A stretch of DNA of 61,950 bases from positions 1 through 61,950 of the IMG/VR virus record IMGVR_UViG_3300033145_000307. One strand, given 5' to 3'. The stretch comes from a virus. Its lineage: Duplodnaviria; Caudoviricetes. Below the pieces are notes generated by a model. It was not told the origin of the DNA, searched no databases, and saw only the letters and a list, made by a program, of their open reading frames with translations. Positions 54,401 through 61,950 of the stretch are shown piece after piece. Position 1 is the first letter of the stretch. Every line of letters begins with the position of its first letter. The translations under genes and the position numbers were made by a program.

Positions 54401-57396
54401 AGGACTTCTTTGGGGACTGGCTTGCCTTCGGAGAGAGCTTTTTGGACAATAGCCCTGTGTGGCTTGTCTTTAATTTCAACATTTACCTTTAACGGTTTGC
54501 CAAGGATTTTACCTGCATACCATCGATGATATCCATCATCAACCTTAAATTTTCCATCCTCAAAAATAACATCTATTGGTTCAGACAAGTCTATGGTTTT
54601 GGCCCATTTGTTTTTACTTAAACCACTCTCACGTTGCTCCCTAACAACATCGTTATAGTCATCTTTCCACTTAATATTAAGTTTTTCTGGAGATAATGTT
54701 GTTATGTCTTCTCTTGCAAAGCCAAAAGCTGCACGATCTGTTTCTTCTATGCTCATCTCAGCATATTCACGACTTCTTGCCGTCATCTTCCAAGGCTCTT
54801 TCGCCTTCTCAGCAACAGGGGCGTTCTTGGATTCAGGCTTGACCTTTCTTGCTTCTCGCTTTTCAATAACCCGTTGCTTGGCCTTGGCTTGTTCAGAAAT
54901 TCGGGTAATGTCTGTTTTTGACGTTTTGTATCCTTCCGGTGTTACCCATCCGCTGTCAAGCACATCCACCGGATCAACCTTGGCCTTTTCCATCATTTGA
55001 ACATGCGTGGATAGCCCCCTATCAAACAAAACTGTCTTGTCTTTTAATTGGAGAGCAGGCCAATTTGTATCTGTTGGCAGCGTTGTTTTGCCCTTTATAA
55101 AAGTTTCAGGCTTAACCGCTACTTCTCCCTCTGGAAGTACAGCCGCACTCTCAACCTCTTTATAAATCTTCTCATATTCAGCCAGAATAGGCTTGAGCTT
55201 GGCCCTACGTTCTTCCTTTGGCATCCCCTGTGCATCAAGATCGGCCTTCAACCTTGCCATCATCTTCGAGGGATTCATCCAATCCTCAAGAGCCTTCAAT
55301 CCATGTTCTTCTACAATCCCCTCAAGTTCTTTCTTGACCCCCTTATTCCCTTCAAGAACACGCTGTTTAATCTGACCCATGCTTTCGTCATTGACCATTG
55401 TAGCATCTTTAATCTTTGATGCAGGGGTATCGGATGTAGGTTTGGGCTGATAGCCACCCCTCTGCACACTTCCAATTATCGGAAGCGTATCAAATTCATC
55501 AACCTTTATAGTCTGGCCGTCTTTAAGTATAAAATTCCCTTCTGTATCGCGTCCTACAACTTCATAGGTGTCTGGCTCTCCTGTAACACCGGATTCAACC
55601 TTATCGCCACGTCTAAGGTTCAAATCTCCTACCCTTTTAGAAATTCCAACCGTTTCCATTTCAGCAACAGCAGCTTTTTCTCCTTCTTCTTCAGACTTTT
55701 TTACATCTCGTTCAACAAGATATTCTTGAATTTCGGGAGCATATTGCTTTCTACCTTCTTCGGTTTTGAGTAGTTCAATAAGATCATCACCACCCTCTAT
55801 GTCATAGCCCTCGGCCTTAAGGCTTGCAGCTAAATCATCAACAGGAACACCTTTCTTTTGGCGAATTACCCGTTTCAGGTCGGGATATTGACGCATTTCA
55901 GAGACATTATATTCTGGCCCAAGTTTTACTCCACCCCCCTTTAAAATCCGGGAAACTAAATTTTGTGGTCCTGTCAGCTTTGGTTCCTTTATAGCCTCTT
56001 GCATTTTTCTGAACTTCTCAGCTTCCATTGCCTCACGCTCAACCGCTTCGGCTTCTTGGATACGTTCAGGGGATACAGTTTCAACCATCTCAGCACCAGA
56101 AGGCCCGAATTCTTCCCGTGCAAGTTCTTCCCGCATCTTGGCCCTTGCAGTCTCAGTAGCAGCGGCCTCATAGACTTCTGGCTTTACCGCTGGTTCAGCC
56201 CGTTCAATCAAAGCCTGAATTTCATCCACAAGGCCCATTTCCTGAATCTCAGGAGTTGCGATAGCCTCTTGTAAGTCAGCAACGGAAAGTTCGCCAGATT
56301 CAAGGCCGGTTCTTATGTTGTCGAGCATGGTTTGTTTTTGGGTGATCATGTCAGTTGCTACTTGTGCTTCTTGTTCGGGAGTGATCTCTGCTTGAGGTTG
56401 TCCTGTAAATATATTAAACCCTGTACCCATTGCAAACCCAACCAGAGTACCAGTTGCCCCCGCTTCTGGAACATTTTCCAATAAAGGCTTATCAAGGGCG
56501 GCATTAAGCCAAACCTGTTCTTGCATTGACTGCGGTAGTTCTTCAAAAAGCCCCTCTGAGAGACCCCCCCCGATGATTCTTTTCATAATGCCAACGCTCG
56601 TAACATTACTTCCGCCAGCCAAGAATGTATCTACGTCTACTATTCCTAATTTTTGAGCAACTCGGCCACCGACAAGGGCAAAAACTCCTGTGCCAAAACC
56701 AGATGCAACAGGGATTAATGACTCTTTAATGGTTAAAAGGCCATCTGGTGTTTGTTGTCTAATTTCTTCAGCCGCTCCGCCAGCACTGACGAGACCTTCG
56801 CCGATTGCTCCCGCTACTAATGGAGATGACACCACACCTTTTGCCAACAAGGCCCTTGCTCCCGCTGCACCACCTAACATTAAGGGTGCTGATTCGACTA
56901 CAGCATGACCAATGGTACTTGGGTGTTGCAGCATGGCCTTTCCCTTGCCGATAAAACCCCTTGCCCTTCCAACTTCTTCAGTTGCAGCTTTTTGTGCTGG
57001 AGAATAATATTGTCCCAAAAATTCTTTTGTTGCTTCTGGGTCATAACCTAAAGATTCAAGCGCCTTTCCAACATGTCCCAACGTAGGAATATCAGCCAAC
57101 CCCACCGCCGCTTCCCCAAGCCCAACCACACCCCTGCCAGCTGATATAGCAACGTCTTTTAATGTCCCCCCAACTGTCCTGCCTGGAACCTCTTCGGGCG
57201 ACGGGACTCTTAAATTAGTATTGACAAAATTAGCAACAGTACTCCGTTGTTCAGCTTCAGGCAGACCACGAAACTCATCGTCACCATATTCATCGGCAAA
57301 ATAATCGCCTACGACTTGCTGTTGTCTCTGCGGTGATAATTGCTGAAACTCAGAATCTTGCAGCCAACCTTGAACATTTTCATCAAATTCGGGCAT
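51412..57396 (-). CDS. Large internal virion/DNA-ejection (polyvalent) protein with ParB-like insert
   Basis: 1994 aa; Gly/Ala hydrophobic N-terminal region, 'EGLFEELPQSMQEQ'; 'PIDV...KVDDGYHRW'; helical C-terminus with 'YMLKTF'. Confidence 0.7.
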   Translation of the reverse strand: MPEFDENVQGWLQDSEFQQLSPQRQQQVVGDYFADEYGDDEFRGLPEAEQRSTVANFVNTNLRVPSPEEVPGRTVGGTLKDVAISAGRGVVGLGEAAVGLADIPTLGHVGKALESLGYDPEATKEFLGQYYSPAQKAATEEVGRARGFIGKGKAMLQHPSTIGHAVVESAPLMLGGAAGARALLAKGVVSSPLVAGAIGEGLVSAGGAAEEIRQQTPDGLLTIKESLIPVASGFGTGVFALVGGRVAQKLGIVDVDTFLAGGSNVTSVGIMKRIIGGGLSEGLFEELPQSMQEQVWLNAALDKPLLENVPEAGATGTLVGFAMGTGFNIFTGQPQAEITPEQEAQVATDMITQKQTMLDNIRTGLESGELSVADLQEAIATPEIQEMGLVDEIQALIERAEPAVKPEVYEAAATETARAKMREELAREEFGPSGAEMVETVSPERIQEAEAVEREAMEAEKFRKMQEAIKEPKLTGPQNLVSRILKGGGVKLGPEYNVSEMRQYPDLKRVIRQKKGVPVDDLAASLKAEGYDIEGGDDLIELLKTEEGRKQYAPEIQEYLVERDVKKSEEEGEKAAVAEMETVGISKRVGDLNLRRGDKVESGVTGEPDTYEVVGRDTEGNFILKDGQTIKVDEFDTLPIIGSVQRGGYQPKPTSDTPASKIKDATMVNDESMGQIKQRVLEGNKGVKKELEGIVEEHGLKALEDWMNPSKMMARLKADLDAQGMPKEERRAKLKPILAEYEKIYKEVESAAVLPEGEVAVKPETFIKGKTTLPTDTNWPALQLKDKTVLFDRGLSTHVQMMEKAKVDPVDVLDSGWVTPEGYKTSKTDITRISEQAKAKQRVIEKREARKVKPESKNAPVAEKAKEPWKMTARSREYAEMSIEETDRAAFGFAREDITTLSPEKLNIKWKDDYNDVVREQRESGLSKNKWAKTIDLSEPIDVIFEDGKFKVDDGYHRWYAGKILGKPLKVNVEIKDKPHRAIVQKALSEGKPVPKEVLAEYPDLKPKEAPSAKETVTATEKPKPGRAWVKGQWRPIITAREITRKGKKFGKIEVTLPNGKKVLLEKDDIDVWPGETKVVKTEPVSDAKTRLKSKLKEQRGSFSLKSKEGPAVLEDLVIVGKDVINQGHDTYTKFAKQMKSVLSDVWEKIRRAMERVFRMAKKALKSERGAITIEGKAKPPKVEVKPKEKPVVKPAVKKPSVGVQKVLAVIKKKERPAPTTEAEYTANRKDARNIKLAVATNARRVKSEIAEGVDKFLGAISTRLGNISPKLKYKLRRLDFDINKRFAANTKAVLPLLKKAKKMSRADYADWDLARKNSDLGKLESLITKYAMQKEYMAYRKVLDGLRKEAIDVGLEIGEIEEYAPRILKDSRGFLTAIGKAEEWPIYSRRIQERAVELGISIAEMTPDMKADIISNMIIGGRTGLGGISATKTRKLKKIPAYLNKYYMDSDAALMYHMHSMRKGIEARRFFGKIPKKVAEMRRRLHNAQSLMRELKKKMRGDISAKEREKLQQKWNTWFGLEKEYTAYIERYALQRDYTDNIGTYVSELIANEEIGAKDERIVNEILNARFHERGMKGVLQAYKNLSYIDTMGSPVSALTQIGDLAWAAYEGGLIRTLKYAYRSAKGKSRITKEDVGVERIAQEFADSGTLGNAVSWVFKAVGLEKIDSIGKEALLNTAHEKYQDQARKNPAQLKKKLHPIFEAETDSVIDDLVNNEITDNVKLLVYSRLLDFQPVALSEMPQKYLEGGNGRLFYMLKTFTLKQFDAFRNEAYNKIKKGDRAEKIEGMKNFIRLASFFVLANAGADELKDWILGRKTDFSDRMVDNFLRLMGVSKFVTWKARTEGVGSALTRQILFPVKFVDAAGKDIITAGDEKGLEVLGSVPLIGKLAYWHFGRGSLKREDLWDRRFRKRKAKLNKTKDKLAISQNKSEFRVKYKEELSELRKINRLQGKLNKLRKRINRLKSKEETPANTKRILQLEKKRTETIKKFLKE

Positions 57397-57397
57397 A

Positions 57398-58165
57398 TTA
57401 GAATTCTCCGCCTGCTCCGCCTGTATAATAGTCTTTCCAGTTTTTTAATTTGGTGGTACGTTTTTTCACAGGAACCCTTGGGGGCAATATCTCTTGCTCC
57501 ATCGCAAACTCTTCCAAAGTAGTTGCCTCTGTTTCTCCATCATATTTGGCTTGCCTAAAATCTTTGCTCAGATTGCGTCTTTGAGTCGGAGATAAATCGG
57601 CAATGGTTTTGGGTCGGATGGGAAGTTTTTCGGTTACGCCCTTCAATGGCCCCTTAAAGCCAAGCGCCATCTTTTTCCCTTTGGTTGTAATCCCAAAGTA
57701 ATTTCCATCCTTATCTTGCTCAATGGCATGCAATTTTGGAGACAGTTCTTTAATCAGTTCAAAATTATTCATCAACATTCTATTAGTAGTCTTGATGGTT
57801 GCAGTTCCACTTTCATTGATTTGCGTTCTATCTCCTGGCAACCGTTCAATAAGCTCCCTTGTTGCATCCTCGCCAATTATATCTCCTAATACATCAAAAT
57901 CCACTTCAGCATTAAGCCAGCCCTGCTTTTTTTCCTCCTCAGAAACTTGGATGTTGAGCAATTTCATCTTTTGTCCATGTTCTTCGGTTTCCATCCCAAG
58001 GCGTTCTTTCTGCATCCCAAGCCCTGTCATACGAGCCTCATGGCCTAACTGCATGGTTTCTCTCTGAAGTCCTGCCTGTGCCCTTCTTGACAAGCCACGC
58101 TCAAGAGTTCCACTTATTCGTCCAAGTTCTTCTCGTACTGGTCTATACGGATCACCATATGGCAT
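57398..58165 (-). CDS. Putative internal virion/ejection protein
   Basis: Position between nozzle and giant protein; helical. Confidence 0.55.
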   Translation of the reverse strand: MPYGDPYRPVREELGRISGTLERGLSRRAQAGLQRETMQLGHEARMTGLGMQKERLGMETEEHGQKMKLLNIQVSEEEKKQGWLNAEVDFDVLGDIIGEDATRELIERLPGDRTQINESGTATIKTTNRMLMNNFELIKELSPKLHAIEQDKDGNYFGITTKGKKMALGFKGPLKGVTEKLPIRPKTIADLSPTQRRNLSKDFRQAKYDGETEATTLEEFAMEQEILPPRVPVKKRTTKLKNWKDYYTGGAGGEF

Positions 58166-58180
58166 TAGAATATCTCCTTA

Positions 58181-59203
58181 TTAGAAGCCAAGTTTGTCGC
58201 CCCAGTCTTTAATTTTGTCCCTAATTCTTCGGGCTTCTCTTTTGGCTTTATCTCTAACCCTTCTTGCTTCGTCAGCAGCTTTGCCAGCCGTTCTTTTTGC
58301 TTCAGCGGCTACTTTATCGGCTTGTAGCTTATCAGCAATTCTTTTTGCCTCTCTTGCTACCGACTCGGTTTGTCCGCCTACGAGACCGACACCGGCACCC
58401 GTTGCAATTCCAGGAATTACTCCGGGAACGCCACCTGCGAACATACCATATCCAGCACCAAACTGTGCGCCCCTGGCTCCATGTCGAACCGCCGGAATAT
58501 CACTTCTTCTTGACCGATAAAATTCCCTTCTGATTCTTGGAGCTTCAGACTCAAGAACTCCAACTGCGGCTCCCGTTGCAGCACCAACGCCTGTGCCTAT
58601 GCCTGGAACGACAGAGCCGATTGCAGCCCCTTGTGCGCCCCTGGTTAAAGCCAACTCGCCAGTCTTCCATTCTTTTTTCCCACCAACTTCTCTCTCTGCC
58701 AATTCCAAGGCTTTTCTTTTTGTATAGGCTTGGTGTAGGGCTTCAATTCCAGCAACCGTTGCCCCTGCCCCTGCGTATCCAGCAAATCCTGGTCCTGCCG
58801 AAACCGCCGGTCCAGGTGCGGCCCCTCCAGCGGCAGGGGTTAGTCCAGTTCTTGCAAGATCGGCGGTTCCTGCCGCACCGGGCAAAAATTCCTTTATTGC
58901 CAAAGCCCCCTGAACACCAAGAGATCCACCTGCTATTTGGGTGGCAAGCTCTCCCTGTTTCATGGCTTCTTCTGCCTGTTCCGCTGACAACTCCTGCCCT
59001 TCTTCTGCAAGCGTCAAGCCCTCTTCTTGGGTGGCAAGCTCACGTTCTCGCAACCCCTTTTCTCTTTCTGCCGCTTGATATGCTCTCAACCCTGGAATAT
59101 AGGATTCAATATATTCTCGCATCATCCGTCTATAATCAGGCCGCCTGCCCGTCATTCCAGAAACTTGTCTCCCCATTCGTGGTGGTACATATCCAAATGG
59201 CAT
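58181..59203 (-). CDS. Putative ejection (pilot) protein
   Basis: Glycine-zipper segments 'GAAIGSVVPGIGTGVGAATGAAVG' and basic 11-residue helical repeats. Confidence 0.6.
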   Translation of the reverse strand: MPFGYVPPRMGRQVSGMTGRRPDYRRMMREYIESYIPGLRAYQAAEREKGLRERELATQEEGLTLAEEGQELSAEQAEEAMKQGELATQIAGGSLGVQGALAIKEFLPGAAGTADLARTGLTPAAGGAAPGPAVSAGPGFAGYAGAGATVAGIEALHQAYTKRKALELAEREVGGKKEWKTGELALTRGAQGAAIGSVVPGIGTGVGAATGAAVGVLESEAPRIRREFYRSRRSDIPAVRHGARGAQFGAGYGMFAGGVPGVIPGIATGAGVGLVGGQTESVAREAKRIADKLQADKVAAEAKRTAGKAADEARRVRDKAKREARRIRDKIKDWGDKLGF

Positions 59204-59204
59204 T

Positions 59205-59618
59205 TTATTCGCTCCTCATTCCTTTAATTTCGGCTATATATTGTTGCATAAGCTGTCTGTCTCTTTTCGCTGTCTCCTGTTCCTGCCAGCCCTGAAGGCC
59301 GGATAGTGCTACGTTCGCAACACCAAGACCAGTAGCCCACGGAGCAAGTTGCTTGCCCTTCTCAAGTTGCTTTCTGCCAATATCCAAGGCCCCACGTTTT
59401 AAGCCAAGAGATCGCTTCCGAAGACCAAGCCCTCTTTCAGCCAAGCCCTGTTCCATTTCTCCGACTTGCCCTCTTACCTCTGCCGAAACTCTTGGAGTAA
59501 TGTAAGACCGCATAGCCCCTGATACGTCCATGTCAGCAGGACTTCTTCCTGTTGCTATGGCCTTCTGTTGCGCTGGCCTCCATACGTCAAGCATGAATCG
59601 TTTAAAGTGATCTGCCAT
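59205..59618 (-). CDS. Putative ejection protein
   Basis: Small helical protein after the nozzle gene. Confidence 0.5.
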   Translation of the reverse strand: MADHFKRFMLDVWRPAQQKAIATGRSPADMDVSGAMRSYITPRVSAEVRGQVGEMEQGLAERGLGLRKRSLGLKRGALDIGRKQLEKGKQLAPWATGLGVANVALSGLQGWQEQETAKRDRQLMQQYIAEIKGMRSE

Positions 59619-59628
59619 AATTTTCTCC

Positions 59629-61950
59629 TTAGTGCCTACTGCCGATTGTTACTCCGACACGTTCTATGCCATAAAGCAAGCCAAAGGCTATGGGTTCAAA
59701 TCCATCAGTTTTATCATCCGTCGTACATTCAAACTTGAATTGATGACTCAGGCCCAACTTGTCCGGCACTTGAATGTGAGAACTATATCTATATCCCGTA
59801 GAATACATTGGAACATCTGTGAGAGTTGTCCATGTTTCGTTGCCGTCTGAACGATGCTTGACCGTAACAGAATCACTATCGCCCGTATTTTTTGCCTCAC
59901 ATATTAACTGTAAGTATCTTACCCTTGTGATGTCCCACATGGACTTGGTAAGCCACAGGTCTTTGAGCGTAACAGACTGCGCTATTGCTGTCCCATCATA
60001 TGTCGTTCCATTCTCGTTTCGTCTGATATAGCCATCGGAAAACCCAAGATAGGTATATTGCGCCCCATCCGTGTCCTCTACCATGAAAGCGCACTGAGGA
60101 TATGAAGGCGGGACTTTCTTAAACCATTTCTTGCGTAACAGGTCATATGCCAGCCAGACATTGTTCGTTGTCTGACCAGAACCAGATGGGATTAAAAGGT
60201 TATACTCCTTGAGCAACGGGTCAAAAAATCCAACCGATACATCTATTGCAGCATAATTGACACACCTGCTATCGTTCGGGTCAAAGTAAACCTCCATTCC
60301 TTCAATCGGGGCCAAGATAGATCCGTCTGAGATCATAGGCCCAGAGTAGGATAACCACATCGCAATATTTCTACGGAACTCTGCCTCAGTTTCGTACCCA
60401 ATCTCGCATGTTGCCATCGTAAATGGAGCGCAACAACCAATGGTATCGGAAAGTTGATTCTTGGCAAATGCCCCCTCGCCCGATACCGCATATCCGCTTA
60501 ATGCCCATGTTTCAGAATTTTTACAAAGAATCGCAAAATTATAAATTGAACTGCCAAAGCGATTGTATAATCCAATACCAGCAATTAACGCTTCGGCACT
60601 TCCAAAGTTCAGGGTAGTAGAGTCGCTACCATTATATACATCCGGTAAATCAGCCGCACTGACAAGCACGGATTCTGGGAAACCGTCACGATTGCACAGC
60701 AAGACCCTGTTCTGGAAATTTACAGCGAATTGATGGGCTGGAACCTTTGGCGGAGCCGCAATCCCTGTTATAGAATAAACCTCAACTTCAGCATCTAATG
60801 TTTGGTCAAATGAAAGATAATAATAATAAAATTCACCCCCACCATTCATGCCTTGAGAAAACTCAGTTCCACGGGTAGGCGGAGTAAAGGAAATTACCCC
60901 ATTTATTGCAAAGCTGATTGCCCCCGTACTTGTTCCGTCACTTTTCCCAGATACAGCAACCCACGAATCACCGTCCCAATACTTGACAGTAAGCGTAGTT
61001 GAGGCAGTCGTATTGTTCTTCCCAGTAACAAATGTAATACCGAACCCTTGCTGTGGTTCAACAAATCCCAATAAAATATAATCCGAGGATGTTTGGCTAT
61101 CAAAAACAGCCACGGTAGTCGTAACGGGGTCGTTTACTTCAATGGTATAGTCTGTATATACCGTGCTTAAGGATTTTTTACAGGCGGCTACTGGATCGTC
61201 TTCTTCTGACCAAACATTTTTAATGGTCTGGAAAGGGGCATCTACCGTAACATACGAAATTGTAGCAGTTCCAGCGGACAACACAAACCGATACCAATAA
61301 TAAATTCGACCCTCCAAATGTTTCGGTTCAGACGTTGCTTCGGTAGAAGCCCATGTGATTGTTCCAGTCTGAGCAAGTGAGATTCCGCCAGAGGCCGTAT
61401 TGTCAGTTTCGGTCAAGGCAGACCACGCACTTCCTGTCCATTCGTCAAACTGAATATTGGAGGCGGTATCGTTTGCAGTTTTTACATATATTTTAACTCC
61501 TTGAAGGGGACGAACTGAACCAATTACCCCATAAAGATACGGAGTCCCGATGCTTGCAACTTCTTCGCTGGTATCAAGGGTATTTTGAATCTGGTCAGTA
61601 AAGTCTCTTTTGTCTGTTACTGCTTCTGCAACTGCGGCAGTTGAAAGCAAAAACGCAGCACATCGGTGTTCCTTTCCGCCCCAAATTAATGATTCTTCTC
61701 CATTACAATAAATTACATTGCCTTGGGGAGCGGAAGAAAAACGGCCTTGCGTTACAGTCGTTGGGTCAGTATAAAGAACAGTATCATTAAAATTGCCTTG
61801 ATCGGGAATAGCGGTTTCGTTATAAAAAATCACAGAAACATTAGAATCGTTTTCGGATTGTACCAACACATACGCTTGCGCTGGCTGATCTTTCTTGAAG
61901 TAAAATCCGGTTAAAATATTATCATATACATCCCCTGAAAGATTTGAGAT
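59629..61950 (-). CDS. C-terminal part of tail nozzle/head-closure protein (starts at 951 across the junction)
   Basis: Propeller-like motifs 'FQNRVLL', 'IGCCAP', 'LAYDL..KKW', 'YLGFSDGYI'; precedes ejection genes. Confidence 0.75.
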   Translation of the reverse strand: MSNLSGDVYDNILTGFYFKKDQPAQAYVLVQSENDSNVSVIFYNETAIPDQGNFNDTVLYTDPTTVTQGRFSSAPQGNVIYCNGEESLIWGGKEHRCAAFLLSTAAVAEAVTDKRDFTDQIQNTLDTSEEVASIGTPYLYGVIGSVRPLQGVKIYVKTANDTASNIQFDEWTGSAWSALTETDNTASGGISLAQTGTITWASTEATSEPKHLEGRIYYWYRFVLSAGTATISYVTVDAPFQTIKNVWSEEDDPVAACKKSLSTVYTDYTIEVNDPVTTTVAVFDSQTSSDYILLGFVEPQQGFGITFVTGKNNTTASTTLTVKYWDGDSWVAVSGKSDGTSTGAISFAINGVISFTPPTRGTEFSQGMNGGGEFYYYYLSFDQTLDAEVEVYSITGIAAPPKVPAHQFAVNFQNRVLLCNRDGFPESVLVSAADLPDVYNGSDSTTLNFGSAEALIAGIGLYNRFGSSIYNFAILCKNSETWALSGYAVSGEGAFAKNQLSDTIGCCAPFTMATCEIGYETEAEFRRNIAMWLSYSGPMISDGSILAPIEGMEVYFDPNDSRCVNYAAIDVSVGFFDPLLKEYNLLIPSGSGQTTNNVWLAYDLLRKKWFKKVPPSYPQCAFMVEDTDGAQYTYLGFSDGYIRRNENGTTYDGTAIAQSVTLKDLWLTKSMWDITRVRYLQLICEAKNTGDSDSVTVKHRSDGNETWTTLTDVPMYSTGYRYSSHIQVPDKLGLSHQFKFECTTDDKTDGFEPIAFGLLYGIERVGVTIGSRH
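61837..61950. repeat. Terminal direct repeat, right copy
   Basis: Identical to 1-114. Confidence 0.97.

Noticed and set aside
51731-59295. Long plus-strand ORFs opposite the ejection genes (e.g. 58537-59295, 53492-54004)
   Set aside because: Antisense shadows of long minus-strand genes; no RBS or recognisable motifs.
1-61950. Alternative genetic code or stop-codon reassignment
   Set aside because: Core genes are full length under the standard code, and no suppressor tRNA is present.

Overview
The window is an apparently complete, circularly assembled ~61.8-kb tailed-phage (Caudoviricetes) genome. Bases 1-114 are identical to 61837-61950, and one tail gene runs across that junction. The layout is podovirus-like (P22/ejectosome type, no tape measure): terminase, portal, scaffold, major capsid, adaptors, nozzle and internal ejection proteins, mostly on the minus strand. 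It also has RecE/RecT, RuvC-like, replication and methyltransferase genes, two tRNAs, two short plus-strand islands each containing a radical-SAM(-like) gene, and a small lysis module. I see no integrase, DNA polymerase, reverse transcriptase or CRISPR array. The host is inferred to be diderm (outer-membrane beta-barrel, O-antigen-ligase-family gene). Most unusual: (1) at least seven putative tail/virion proteins, including the nozzle and one of two adaptor paralogs, start with Sec-type signal peptides, while capsid, portal, scaffold and ejection proteins do not; (2) a small gene fuses a consensus Tat motif (SRRLFLK) to a segment homologous to the phage's own major capsid protein; (3) an O-antigen-ligase/O-oligosaccharyltransferase-family gene overlaps one of the signal-peptide genes between terminase and portal. 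Together these suggest, as a hypothesis, periplasmic export and possibly glycosylation of virion parts. Also notable are a FliA-type sigma factor, an acyl carrier protein, a minimal GroES and several candidate structured RNAs. All family calls come from motif recognition by eye, not database searches.
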